A stretch of 64,000 nucleotides of DNA from an uncultured Acidobacteriota bacterium (GTDB lineage Bacteria; Acidobacteriota; Vicinamibacteria; Vicinamibacterales; CAVVIG01): the NCBI GenBank assembly GCA_963780685.1, contig CAWACZ010000012.1, forward strand, positions 195,238-259,237, in the 5' to 3' direction. The notes beneath the pieces were generated by a model that saw nothing but the letters and a program-made list of their open reading frames with translations, searched no databases and had not been told where the DNA came from. This document shows positions 20,140 to 32,006 of this stretch, one piece after another (within the stretch, counting starts at the first letter, position 1; each line of letters begins with the position of its first letter). The position numbers and the translations under genes are program-made.

Positions 20140-22600
20140 ATGAAGGTTTCATTTGCGGTTGCCCTCGTTTCGGCCGTGTTTTGCTCGACGACTGCCGGGC
20201 TTGGTGTTCCTCAGGCGGCCAGTCAGAGCTCCCAGGGCTCCCAGGGCTCCGGCTCCAGGGCTCCCGCTTTTCCCAGGGCCCTCAGGCCGAAAACAGCGGT
20301 GCCGCCGACCGGGCGCAGCTCGATAGATACTGTGTCGCCTGTCACAATGCGCGGCTGAAAACGGGCGGGTTATCGCTCGACGTCGCCGACCCCGCCAACG
20401 TTGGCAGCAACATCGAACTGTGGGAAAAGGTCGTTCGGAAGGTGCGCTCCGGCATGATGCCGCCGCCGGGCCGGCCCGCGCCGTCCGACGAGCAGCGGCG
20501 GGCGCTGGTGTCGTCGCTCGAGACGTCGCTCGACCGCGTCGCGGCCGCGAACCCGCAGCCGGGCCGGCCGCTCGTGCACCGTCTGAATCGCGCCGAGTAC
20601 GCCAACGCGATCCGCGACCTGCTCGCGCTTGAGATCGATCCGGCCCCGCTGCTCCCCGCCGACGATTCGAGCGCCGGGTTCGACAACATTGCCGACGTGC
20701 TCGGGTTGTCCCCGGTCCTCCTCGAAAGCTACCTGTCTGCGGCGGGCCGGATCAGCGCGCTCGCCATCGGTGATCCCAAGACGCCGCCGATGGGCGAGGT
20801 GTACCGCGTGCGCCAGGACGCCTCGCAGTCGCGCCATGTCGAAGGATTGCCACTCGGCACGGTCGGCGGCTTCGTCATCCGGCGGAACATCCCGCTCGAT
20901 GGCGAGTACCGTTCAAGGTCAAGCTGTTTCGGACCAATCTGGGCACGATGCGCGGCCTCGAGTTTCCGCACCAGCTCGAGATCAGCGTCGACGGCCAGCG
21001 AGTCCATCTGGCCTCGTTCGGCGGCGACCTGGATGTCACGGCGTCGAGCGACAACCCGACAACGACTGGAGACGAGATCGACGAGCGGTTCACGGTTCGT
21101 GTGCCCATGAAGGCGGGTCCGCGCGACATCGCGGTGACGTTCCTCGCGAAGACGCACGGCTACAATTCGCGCCGCCTCCAGTCGTACATCCGCAGCTCCG
21201 CCGACACGATCGACTTCTCGGGTCATCCCCACATCGACCAGTTCTTCATGACCGGTCCGCTCAATCCGACCGGTGTCGGCGATACGCCGAGCCGCCGCGC
21301 GATTTTCGTCTGCCGGCCCGCCGGAGCGGCCGACGAGGTGCCCTGCGCACGCACAATCCTGGCGCGGCTGGCCCGTCGCGCCTACCGCGGCGATCTGACC
21401 GACGGCGACGTGCAGATCCTCGTCGACTTCTTCGAGCGCGGACGACAGCAGGCCGGCACGTTCGACGGCGGCATCGACATGGCCCTGCGGCGGGTGCTCG
21501 CCAGCCCCAAGTTCCTGCTGCGCGTGGAACCGGATCCGGCCGGCATCGCCCCGGGGACGGTCTACCGGCTGTCGACCTGGCGCTCGCGTCGCGCCTGTCG
21601 TTCTTCCTCTGGAGCAGCATCCCGACGACGAGTTGCTCGGCGTCGCGGGGAAGGGGGCAGCTGAGGGATCGGCACGGTGCTCGATCAACAGGTCCGCCGC
21701 ATGCTCGCCGATCCCAAGGCCGAGGCGCTGGTCAGCAACTTCGCCGGCCAGTGGCTCTATCTGCGGAACCTCCGCGACAAGGTGCCGAACTCGTTCCAGT
21801 TCCCTGACTTCGACGACGACCTGCGCCGCGCGATGGTGCGTGAGGTGGAACTGTTCTTCCAGAGCGTCGTCGACGAGGATCGCGGCGTTCTCGATTTGAT
21901 GACTGCGGACTACAGCTTCGTGAATGAGCGGCTCGCCAGGCACTACGGCATGCCGAGGATTTACGGCACTCAGTTTCGCCGCGTGACCGTCAGCGACGAG
22001 CGTCGGGGACTGCTCGGCAAGGGCGCCATTCTGATGGCGACCTCGCACGCTCACCGGACCTCGCCCGTGCTGCGCGGCAAGTGGGTGCTGGAGAACATCA
22101 TCGGCGTGTCGCCCGCGCCGCCGCCCGACGACGTGCCGGCGCTGGACGACGAGGAGCGGCCCGAGAAGCCGCGCTCGGGCCGCGAGTCGCTGGACAGCAC
22201 CGCGCGAACCCCGCGTGCGCATCGTGCCACCGCGTGCTCGATCCGATCGGGTTCGCGCTCGAGAATTTCGACGCCGTCGGCGCCTGGCGCACTCGAGACG
22301 GGGGAACGCTGGGCGACGGATCGACGCCTCGGGACAACTGGTCGACGGCACGAAGGTCGACGGCGCGATGGCGCTGCGTCAGGTCGTCGCGAGCCGGAGA
22401 CGTTTGTTCGGACGTTTACGGAAAAGCTGCTGACTTACGCCGTGGGACGCGGACTGACCGCCGCCGACATGTCCGTCGTCCGGTCGGTTGTCCGTGACGC
22501 GCGTGACGGGAACTATCGCTTTTCGTCGCTCGTGCTCGGCATCGTCCACAGTGCACCTTTCCTGATGCGTACGGCGGGGGACCAGGATCGGTCACGGTAG
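20140..22600 (+). pseudogene. DUF1592/DUF1587-type c-type cytochrome-like planctomycete-style protein, at least 5 frameshifts
   Basis: DRYCVACHNARLKTGGLSLD; RPLVHRLNRAEYANAIRDLLALEIDP; GPLNPTGVGDTPSRRAIFVCRP; MLADPKAEALVSNFAGQWLYLRNL; [27 protein letters not shown]; [14 protein letters not shown]. Confidence 0.85.
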
Positions 22601-22639
22601 CCGGCGGGACTTCAGGCTCACAGGAGCGAACGACGATCT

Positions 22640-23937
22640 TCATCACTAAGACGGTCGGTGTCGCGGCGGGCGGTCCTCAAGGCGTGGGCGCGACGCTGGC
22701 GTTCCGTTCCTCGACGCGATGGTGCCCGCGGCGACGGCGCTGGCGAAGACGGCGGCGCAGCCGGCGCTCCGGTTCGGCGCCGTGTTCGTGCCGATGGGCG
22801 AGCTGCCCGAGCACTGGACGCCGTCGACGACGGGCCCGGATTCGAGTTCTCGCCGATCCTGAGCCGCTCGAGACGGTTCCCGATCGCTTGGTCGTTTCGA
22901 ACCTCGATCGTCCGCCCGGCGGCACGCACGCGGTCAGCACTCGACATGGCTCACCGGATCGTCGCCGAAGCGGACCGAAGCCGAAGACTTCTACCGCCGG
23001 CATCTCTCTCGATCAGGTCGCGGCGGGGTCGATCGGCAAGGACACGGTGTTCCCGTCGTCGAGATTGCGACCGAGGATCAGGCCGGCTACATCGGCGCGT
23101 GCGACGTGGGCTACAGCTGCGCCTACATGAGCACCATCGCGTGGAAGGGGCCGACGACGCCGCTGCCGATGGAGATCAATCCGCGTGTCGATCTTCGAGC
23201 GGATGTCGGCCGGCCGGGGACGGCCGGCGGATCGGCTCGCGCGCATGAAGGCCGATCAGAGCATTCTCGATTCGGTGCGCCAGGACGTCGCGTCGCTCGA
23301 GCGCGGCCTCGGCGTCGCGACGCGGCGGTCTGAACGAGTATCTCGAGCACGTCCGGAGATCGAGCAGCGTATTCAGCGGGCCGAGCGTCAGGCGAGCGAA
23401 ACGATCGCGATGCCCAGGCGCCGGTCGGCATGCCGGCGTCGTTCGAGGAGCACGTGAGCGGTGATGTTCGAGCTGATGGCGGTCGCCTACGAAGCCGATC
23501 TGACCCGCGTGTTCACCTTCATGATGAACCGCGAAGCCAGCCAGCTCGTGTTCCCGAACCTCGGGATCAACGAGCCGTGGCATCACATCTCGCATCACGG
23601 GAACGAGCCGGAAAAGCTCGAGCCCTCGTGAAGATCAACACCTCGCAGATCGAGCTGTTCGGCCGGTTCCTCGAGCGGCTGCGGACCACGCCCGATGGCG
23701 ACGGCTCGCTGCTCGATCACTCGGTGATCCTCTGGGGCAGCGGCATGAGCGACAGCAACAGCCACTCGGCGCTCGACGTGCCGCTGCTGCTGGCGGGGAA
23801 GGGCGGCGGCCTCATCAAGGGCAACCGTCACTCGCGGCCCCGAAGGGGACGCAGCTCGCCAACGCCATGCTCGACTGGCGCAGAGTTCGGTGCTGAGATC
23901 GACGCTCGGGGTCAGCACGGGACGGTTGGAGCTGTGA
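22640..23937 (+). pseudogene. DUF1552 domain protein, several frameshifts
   Basis: FRFGAVFVPMGELPEHWTP-like segment; LVKINTSQIELFGRFLERLRTTPDGDGSLLDHSVILWGSGMSDSNSHSALDVPLLLAGKGGGLIKGNRH; LGVSTGRLEL*. Confidence 0.7.
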
Positions 23938-24031
23938 CTGCCGAGGACCCAGGACTCGGACCAGGGCTGTCATCAGGCCTCAAGGCGCAGGATCAGGATC
24001 GTAAGTCGGTCTTTCGGTCGCTCGTGTCTCC

Positions 24032-25501
24032 GTGCCTGCGTGGCGGCGTGGCTGTTTCATGGCGCTCGCCGTCACGCTCGAGCCGCCGGTCGATCGATGC
24101 CGTCATCGCCGCGGTCAAGCACGGCGACCGGCCGCGTCCACGCGCTGCTCGCGCAGCGCGTCGACGTCAACGCCGCCGGAGGCCGACGGCACCACGGCGC
24201 TGCACTGGGCGGTGCGTGCCGACGACCGCGAGATGGTGGCTGCTGCCTCAAGCGCCGGCGCGAGGGCCGGAACGCGGCGAACCGCTACGGCGTCACGCCG
24301 CTCCGGCTGGCCGCCACCAACGGCAGCGCGGCTTCATCGGGACGCTGCTCGAGGCGGGCGCGAGCCCTCAACACCGCCAACGCCGAAGGCGAGACAGCTG
24401 CTGATGACCGCGGCGCGCGCCGGCAGCGTCGACGCCGTGAAGGCTGCTCGCGCGCGCGGCGCCGACGTCAACGCGCGGGAGAACTGGTTCGGCGAGACCG
24501 GCGCTGATGTGGGCGGCCGCCGAGAACCACGCCGAGCGTCGTCCGCGCGCTGGTGTCGCTCGGCGCTGACATCAACGCCGCTCGGCGGACGTCGCGGCGC
24601 CGGAGCTCGAGTTCCCGAAGAGCGGCGGGCCGAATATGCCGTTCCGCGCGGCGGCCGGACGCCGCTGATGTACGCGGCGCGCGAAGGCGCGCTCGACGCG
24701 GCGCGCGCGCTCGTGGACCCGGCGCCGAGATCCAAGCCGTGGCGCTGCCGCAGACGACGTGACGCTCACCGACGACATGCGAAGCGAGCCGAGAACGCGT
24801 CGGCACCACCGCGCTGGTCTACGCGATCATCAACGCGCACTTCGATCTCGCCGCGATGCTGCTCGAGCACGGCGCCGATCCGAATATCGCGGACTACACC
24901 GGCATGGCGGCGCTGTACGCCGCCGTCGAGTGGAACACGCTGCAGTGGGTCAGAGCCGGCCGGCGCCGATCCGCGCGACACGCTCGACGGCGCCGGGCTC
25001 GTCGAACGGCTGCTCGCCCATGGCGCCGACCCGAACGCCAGCTTAAGGCGGCACGCCGCTCAAGATCTCTCGATCCGGCGCGACACTGAATTTCGGCAAA
25101 GGCGCGACGCCGCTGATGCGCGCCGCACGGACGAACGATGTCGGGTCGATGCGCCTGCTGCTCGAGTGGGGCGCCGATCCGTGGGCGGCGTTGCCCGACG
25201 GCACGACGCTGCTGATGATTGCCGCCGGCCAGGGGCTCGGGTCATTGCGCGGCGAAGGGCCGCGAATCCGCGTGCCCACCGAGGAAGGTGCGCTGTCAGG
25301 CGGTCCGCTGCTGCTCGACCGCGGCCTGCCCGTCAACGCGGCAACAAGGCCGGCAACACCGCTCTGCACGCCGCAGTCAGGCGTGGCGATCGCGTGGTGA
25401 AGCTGCTGGCGGAACGCGGCGCCGATCTGCACGCGAAGAACAAGGCGGGTTTCACCCCTCTCGATCTTGCGCTCGGATGGGCGAAGACGCCGTGGCGGTG
25501 A
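24032..25501 (+). pseudogene. secreted ankyrin-repeat protein, multiple frameshifts
   Basis: ankyrin units in alternating frames: TALHWAVRADDREMVA, RTPLMYAAREGALDAARALVD, NTALHAAVRRGDRVVKLLAERGADLHAKNKAGFTPLDLALG. Confidence 0.75.
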
Positions 25502-25779
25502 TGCCACGCCGTCGTACGGGAGAGCACCGCGGCGTTGCTTCGCCAGTTGATGGGCGCGCCAGCGCAGTGACGGCCACCGGCCATGGCCGGCGCTACCTTC
25601 GATCGACGCGCTACGCGCCGAACTCCCCACGGAGCCAGGCTTCCGAAATCGACGAAATCTCCCTCGAAAACGAGAAGGGCTCGGCGTTTCACCGGTCGCA
25701 TCCGTGCGCTGAAGTTCGTTTCACGGCCGACGGACAATTGGCCCTCCAAGTCGCCGGGAGTTCGATGGTGGTCCTCGCG

Positions 25780-26532
25780 ATCACCGCGCCGCACACGGTG
25801 TAGGATTCCAACCTGTCGAATCGGGTTGCTTCTTGAAGTGCGTACTCGTGATGAAGGGACCGTTCAGGTACGTCGGATCGTCGACGATCGCTTTTACGAT
25901 CACCCAGGAATCGCCATTCGCCTCGTTGACGCGATCGTAGTATCGGTCACCTGCGCGTTCGCACTGTACGGCACACCGTTCTTTCGCAGATATCCGGGCT
26001 TCAACCGCGTGGTCGTCACCTTCAGGCCGCCGCCAGGAACTGGCCCTCGCGCGCCGGCCGCCACGTCCCAGGACGCGGTGGAAACGCCCTGCCAGTCGCC
26101 ACCCTTGCCGGCCGGCGTCGTGCCAAACTGCAGCAGACGCGTCTGCGTCCCGCTATCCATCTCCACCTTGAGCGTGTTGGCGTCCTGCCACGTGATGTGC
26201 AAGCGTCCCGGCACGCGCATGATCGCCGCGGCTCCGTAGGCCTTGCATTGATTGCCTGCCGCTTCGTCCTTGCCGGGATCCCACGCGTCGGCGACTTTCC
26301 GCCCCTCGGCGTTGAGCGGCAGGCTCGCGTAGTCGCCCTTGGCCGGCGTCACCATCCGATAGAGCCAGTCTTCGGTCACGACCGACACCCAGTACCCAGT
26401 CAGATCGACCGGCGCCGCGTCCCTCGGAGCTGCGCCCCGCTGTGGCGCGTTGGGCGCCTGGGCGCTCGCTGACCCGGCAACGACGGCCGGGAGAAGGGCG
26501 ACGGCAAGAATGCAAAAACGAACGGTCTTCAT
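25780..26532 (-). CDS. secreted hypothetical protein, frameshift near 25920
   Basis: signal peptide; DLTGYWVSVVTEDWLYRMVTPAKGDYASLPLNAEGRKVADAWDP; last part IVDDPTYLNGPFITSTHFKKQPDSTGWNPTPCAAR* in a second frame. Confidence 0.75.
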
Positions 26533-27489
26533 TTACCTGTTCGCGGTCAGGCTCTTGTAGACAGCCTCGACAAATCTCTCCGGCGTACCGGAACCAGACT
26601 TCGCGCCATATCGGCCGTCGTAGTCCTTCGTCAGACCGGCCGCTTTCACCTGATCGAGCGTCATGCCCTTGCCGATCGCCGCCTGAATCCGGTCGCGAAT
26701 GATGGTCACCATGTCCCGGTACTCGAGCAGGTCGGGTTGATCGCAGATGCGACCGTGCCCGGGAACGATGTAGGTGCCTCCCTCGTCTTGGAAACCGACC
26801 ACGGTGAGCTCGAGGATCCTGTTCAACGCGTCGATCTCACCTTGGATGCTGCCGCCCCGTTCCAGGTCGATGAAGGGATAGCTCGTCGTCACGAAGATGT
26901 CGCCGGTGGCGACGACGTCGGAGCGGCGAAAAAAGACCAGGCTGTCACCATCAGTGTGCGCCGCAGGCTGGTGGATGATTTCGACAGCCTCACCGTTGAA
27001 GAAGAGCTGCTTGCGTCCCGACCGATAGGTTTCGGTCGGCCACGATCCGAAGGGAATCTCGGCGCGCGCACCGGTCGGCGCGCTCATCCGCTGCAGCACG
27101 TTGTCGTGGGCGTAGATCTGTGCCCCGACGCCCGCGTCCCTGAGATTGCCGGTGATGTTCGCCCCCACATACGTCAAGCCGGCTTTCCGGACGGTATCGT
27201 TGCCGCCCGTGTGATCCGGGTGCATATGCGTGTTGACGATGTACTGAATCGGCTTGTCCGACAGCGTCCGGATCGCGGCGACCACCTGCTCGGCCTTCTC
27301 GGCCACGCCGGTGTCCACCACCAGAACTCCGGTGTCGCCAACCTGCACGGTGACATTCGAGCCGGCGCCCGTCAGAAGGAACACATTCCCCTGGACCCTC
27401 AGGATTTCAATGCCACCCGCGCTCGATTGAGCGAGCGTCGTGACGACCAGGAAGCTGACGAACGCCAACGAGGCAACCAGTGCTTTCAT
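26533..27489 (-). CDS. secreted MBL-fold metallo-hydrolase
   Basis: NTHMHPDHTGGN motif, LVVDTGVAEKAEQVVAAIRTLSDKPIQYIVNTHMHPDHTGG. Confidence 0.92.
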   Translation of the reverse strand: MKALVASLAFVSFLVVTTLAQSSAGGIEILRVQGNVFLLTGAGSNVTVQVGDTGVLVVDTGVAEKAEQVVAAIRTLSDKPIQYIVNTHMHPDHTGGNDTVRKAGLTYVGANITGNLRDAGVGAQIYAHDNVLQRMSAPTGARAEIPFGSWPTETYRSGRKQLFFNGEAVEIIHQPAAHTDGDSLVFFRRSDVVATGDIFVTTSYPFIDLERGGSIQGEIDALNRILELTVVGFQDEGGTYIVPGHGRICDQPDLLEYRDMVTIIRDRIQAAIGKGMTLDQVKAAGLTKDYDGRYGAKSGSGTPERFVEAVYKSLTANR

Positions 27490-28382
27490 TTGCCACCCGT
27501 CTTCTTCAACGTCGCCTGGTATTCGGGGTAGATGGTCTCCGCCCCGCCCAGGGCCGCTTCCAGCGGAATCTTGTGGAGGTCGGCAAATTCGCGCAGAAAC
27601 GGATTCGCTCCAGGTTGATAGTGGGGCACGGTGCCCGCAGGCCGATCGATCTCGACGACAGACGCGCACGGATACAACCACGTCTGGCCGTTCTGAACTC
27701 GGAGCAGCAAATCCGTCGTTCTGATGAGCGGTTCACTCAGCGTAATCGGATCGCTCAGTACGGAGGTGTGCGTGAGATGGTCGCCGTGGCGGATGAAGTG
27801 TTCGGTCAGCGTCGCCTGGTCGGTGTGTCGCAACCCGTTGCGTCGCAGCCATCCCCATTTGAGGTGCGTGGTGTAGACCGTCAAGATATTGCCTTCCCAC
27901 TTGCCGGTCGAAAAGCCCATCCACGTATGCGGTGCGGCCTCAGAAGGGTGCGGCCGATCGTCCATCCAGATCGTCCGTGTCTGCTGATAGTTGTCGAGGT
28001 ACTGCTTGATGGCGATCAGCTTCTGCGACACTGGATCGCGTTCTTCCCAGATTCGAAGATTGAACGGTCCGCGGTAGATGTACGACACGATGTGAACTTC
28101 GCATTGATGCTCGGGGATGGTGAAACGCGAAGCATCCCACGCCAGCCCATACATCCGCGCCCCGTCAGTGAGCGGAATCCCGAGGTAATTCGCCAGTTCG
28201 GGACCGGGTCCGCGCTCGCGTTGATCTTCGTGGAAGACCGGACCCCAATTGCCGGCGAGAGAAACGCCCGGCCCGATCGGATTGTATCCACCGGGCCCCT
28301 GTGCGACCGAGGCGACACCCGACAGCACAACCGCCGACGCGCTCGTGAGCACTGCCGCCTTGAAGCGTTGAACCCATTTCAT
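27486..28382 (-). CDS. secreted hypothetical protein
   Basis: signal peptide; SLAGNWGPVFHEDQRERGPGPELANYLGIPLTDGARMYGLAWDASRFTIPEHQCEVH. Confidence 0.82.
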   Translation of the reverse strand: MKWVQRFKAAVLTSASAVVLSGVASVAQGPGGYNPIGPGVSLAGNWGPVFHEDQRERGPGPELANYLGIPLTDGARMYGLAWDASRFTIPEHQCEVHIVSYIYRGPFNLRIWEERDPVSQKLIAIKQYLDNYQQTRTIWMDDRPHPSEAAPHTWMGFSTGKWEGNILTVYTTHLKWGWLRRNGLRHTDQATLTEHFIRHGDHLTHTSVLSDPITLSEPLIRTTDLLLRVQNGQTWLYPCASVVEIDRPAGTVPHYQPGANPFLREFADLHKIPLEAALGGAETIYPEYQATLKKTGGK

Positions 28383-28388
28383 AAAGCA

Positions 28389-29506
28389 CTACACCTTGAA
28401 GCGCGGAAACAACCGCTCGGCATTGCCTCGAGCCATCATCTGCATGAACTCCTTCGAGAGTCCCAGATTGGGAAGCTCGTCGACCGTCGTTTCGATGGGC
28501 TCCGGCGAGTAGTCCGTTCCAAAGAGGATGCGGTCGGGAGGCATGAACTTCATCATCGCCGACATCGGGAACGAAAAGCTGGCGTGCGCGATGTCGTAAT
28601 ACCACTTCCTCAATTCGGCCCACAGGCCATTGGGAATGTACTTCAACCGCTCGCCATCGTCCGGATAGCGATCCTTCATGCGTCCAGCCAGCATCGGCAC
28701 CGTTCCACCGGAATGTACGGTGATGAAGCGGATGTTGGGATAGCGGAACATCACGCCGTTGACGACGATGCTCGTGACGGCCCGGGTGACGTCGAAATCG
28801 TACTCGAGCATGTTCGCGGCTGCTCCGTACCGAGGTTGTTGCAGCAGGTAGGAGCCAGCGGATGCACGAACACGACGGCGTTGCGTCGATTGAGCTCCTG
28901 CCACATCGGCTCGAAGTAGTTGTCGCCGGGCCAGCGGCCCTTGTTGTCGTTGGTGTAGATGCCGACGCCGTCGACTCTCAACGTGTCGTAGCAATACTCG
29001 ATTTCCTTCAACGTCCCGTCGAGGTCCGGAAGCGGGACACCACCGAACAGGCCGTATCGCTTCGGGTATTGCTGCACGAGCCTGGCGCCGTATTCGTTGC
29101 CCGTTCTGACGGCGGTCCGCCCGCCTTCGGTGCCGCTGTACAGCAGATCGCCCATCTGCGTCATGGAGAGAATGGCGACGCTGATGCCAAACTTGTCCAT
29201 GGCTTCGAGAGATTGATCGGGCGTCCAGTCGCTCCCCCTCGCCCGGCCTCGGGCGGCTCCCGGAGGTGCTGCACCCCTCGAGCCTACCGCCGCCCCCCGC
29301 CCGCCGTTCAATGCGGGTGGCGCGTGATGATGATGCACGTCGATGGCGCCGCCGCGGACGTTCATCTTTGTCACACGACTCTGTGCAGCACCGGCGGCGC
29401 GGCTCATCACCGCTAAAGCGCCGGCGGCGCCAAGCCGCGCGAGAAACTCTCGACGGGTCGCCGTGGAATCGGCCGCGAACGGAAACCACTGCCGGCGGTC
29501 GGTCAT
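28389..29506 (-). CDS. amidohydrolase family protein with Tat-like signal, frameshift near 28830
   Basis: TRREFLARLGAAGALAV; GGAIDVHHHHAPPAL; FVHPLAPTCC; ILFGTDYSPEPIE. Confidence 0.88.
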
Positions 29507-29704
29507 GGCGTCACCTCGAACGAATGTCCCTGGGGAGCCACCGTCGCTTGGTTGCGGCTGTACAGTCGCCCGCCCGCGACGACGGGATGTGCCCGATCAA
29601 CGTGACCATCTTAATGCGGGCTATCCCCCTCGAGGCGGGCTATCCTCTTCACCGTGCAGGGCGCGCGCCACGTTCGTGATGGCCTGCGCACGAAGGCACG
29701 TCAA

Positions 29705-30270
29705 ATGAGGACGAGATCGGCTCTGAAACGCGCGGCTCCATTGCTGGGAATGCCTCTCCTGTTTCCCCTCTTGTTCGTCGCCGCTCGTGCGGCCTTTCCG
29801 GTTGGAACGTTGGCGATCAGGAGTCAAGGGTACTTCTACGTGGGCGGTCAGTACGACAACCCGGCCAATCCGACGTACATGTCGGGCCAGATGTACGTGC
29901 GGTATCAGATCCCCGTCCGGACCAGCGGTGCGCCGACGACGAGGTACCCGGTGGTGATGATCCACGGGGCCGGTCAGCAGGCGACCACCTACACGGGCAC
30001 GCCCGACGATCGATCGGGCTGGGCGGACTACTTTCTCAACAGCGGCTGGCCGGTCTATACAGTGGATCAGCCCGGGCGCGGCAAGTCGATTTACCTGGAG
30101 CGCGCGTACGGGCCGAGGGGCACCAGCGACATTGCGAATCTGGAGAACCTGTTTACTGCGCCGGCGCGCATGCGCCCGTACCCGCAGGCCAGGCTGCACA
30201 CAGTGGCCGGGACCGGGGATGCATGGCGACCCGGTCTTCGACCAGTTCTTCGCCTCGCAGTTCGAAACAG
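29705..30270 (+). pseudogene. alpha/beta hydrolase, N-terminal half only
   Basis: RYPVVMIHGAGQQATTYTGTPDDRSGWADYFLNSGWPVYTVDQPGRGKS; no nucleophile-elbow or C-terminal region before the next gene. Confidence 0.6.
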
Positions 30271-30315
30271 CCTCGCCATTGCCGCCTCTCTCGAAAAGTG
30301 GCTGCGCACGACGCT

Positions 30316-30660
30316 ATGAAGGATGTGGCACACGAGCCCCCGCCGGTTCGCCAGCTGGCGGCGCCGGATCTGAAGGCGCTCCTCTCGAGCGGCGCCGCCA
30401 TCGAGCTCGTCGATGTCCGGACCGTGGACGAACGTGCGATCGCCGCCATCGACGGCTCTCGCTTGCTCGACCGGGCGTATCACGACGAGCTGCTTCTCCG
30501 CGATCGGGATACGGCCATCGTCTTCCAGTGCCACCACGGCGTGCGCAGTCAGGGCGCCGCCGAGTACTTCCGCCGTGAGGGATTCCGGAATCTCTACAAT
30601 TTGCAGGGCGGGATCGACGCATGGTCGTTGCTCGTCGATCCGGCCGTCCCGCGCTACTGA
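30316..30660 (+). CDS. rhodanese-like domain protein
   Basis: LVDVRTVDERAIAAIDGSRLLD...VFQCHHGVRSQGAAEYFRREGFRNLYNLQGGIDAWS. Confidence 0.9.
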   Translation: MKDVAHEPPPVRQLAAPDLKALLSSGAAIELVDVRTVDERAIAAIDGSRLLDRAYHDELLLRDRDTAIVFQCHHGVRSQGAAEYFRREGFRNLYNLQGGIDAWSLLVDPAVPRY

Positions 30661-30836
30661 GCGTACGCGCCAGGAGCAAACGCGCCCAGAACGCCAGCCA
30701 GTCGCGAGGCACAGAAACCAGGACGGTGTTCCGGGAGTCGCCGCACCGCCGGTGTTTCACTCGGCGCGAACGACTTCGTCGGCCTGGTCGGCCTGCTCGA
30801 GGCTTCCATTTCAGCTCATCAGGCGATAATCCATCC

Positions 30837-31872
30837 TCATGCGAGCAACTCGCGGACTCTGGGCACCACCTTGGTTCCGTACAGCTCGAGGCTCGTCATC
30901 AATTTGTCGTGCGGCAACGTGCCATTCGGCGTACTTGAGGTCGAATCGAGAGAGACCGAGGCCTTTCATCGTCGCGACGATTTTCTGGGCAACCGTTTCG
31001 GGAGAGCCGACGAACAGCGCGCCGTCGGGCCCGGCCTCTCGCTCGAACCCGGCGCGCGTGATGGGCGGCCACCCGCGCTCGGCGCCGATCCGATTCATCA
31101 AACCCGCGTGGTGCGGCCACAACTCCTCTTTGGCTTGCTCGTCGGTCGCCGCGAGGTGACCCGGTGAATGCGCGCCGATTGGCTGTATCGGCTTCTCGAA
31201 TCGCTCGAGCGACTGATGGTAGAGCTGCGCATATGGCAAAAATCGTAGGGGGTTTCCGCCGATGATCGCCAGAATCAGCGGCAGTCCGTAGTAGGCGGCG
31301 CGGACGACCGATTCCGGGCTGCCGCCGACGCCCACCCACGTGCGGAGCGTGCCCGTTTCGATCGGTGGATACACGACCTGGCCGCTGAGCGACGCGCGCA
31401 GTTGTCCTTTCCACGTCACCGGCTGATTCTTGAGCAGCTCGGCGAAGAGATTGAGCTTTTCCTCGAACAGCGGCTCGTAATGGGCGAGGTCGTAGCCGAA
31501 CAGCGGAAACGACTCCGTGAACGAGCCCCGCCCGACCATCACCTCCGCGCGCCCGCTCGAAATCGCATTGAGCGTCGAAAAACGCTCGAAGACGCGAACC
31601 GGGTCGTCCGTGCTCAACACCGTGACCGCGGTCCCCAGCCGAATGCGCCTGGACCTTGCCGCAATCGCGGCGAGGACCACTTCGGAAGCAGAAATGGAAA
31701 AATCCCTGCGGTGATGTTCGCCGACGCCGAAGGCGTCGAGCCCGACTTGATCCGCGAGCTCTCCTTCGTCTATCACGTGTCGAAGCGTTTCGGCCTGCGA
31801 GAGAGATCGCCCCTCGGAGTCGACAGTGACGTCTCCGAAGGTGTTCACACCCAGTTCAATCGCGGCTGCCAT
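30837..31872 (-). CDS. LLM class flavin-dependent oxidoreductase, frameshift near the 3' end
   Basis: ELGVNTFGDVTVD...GLDAFGVGEHHRRDFSISA; 3' end NGTLPHDKLMTSLELYGTKVVPRVRELLA* in a second frame. Confidence 0.9.
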
Positions 31873-32006
31873 ATTCCTCCATGTCGAGTGATGGCCCCTG
31901 TCAGTCTTGAGTTCGACTTTGTCAGATCGCGTCCGCACCGACGTGAGTGCGAAACATGCTGGTCGATTCGTCGGCGGCGAAGGATTCGCCGCGAAAGCGC
32001 CGATCG

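Noticed and set aside
20220-20270. Short repeated ctcccagggctcc string in the DUF1592 signal region as a regulatory repeat
   Set aside because: It encodes the SSQGSQGSGSRAP low-complexity linker and looks like simple coding slippage rather than a regulatory element.
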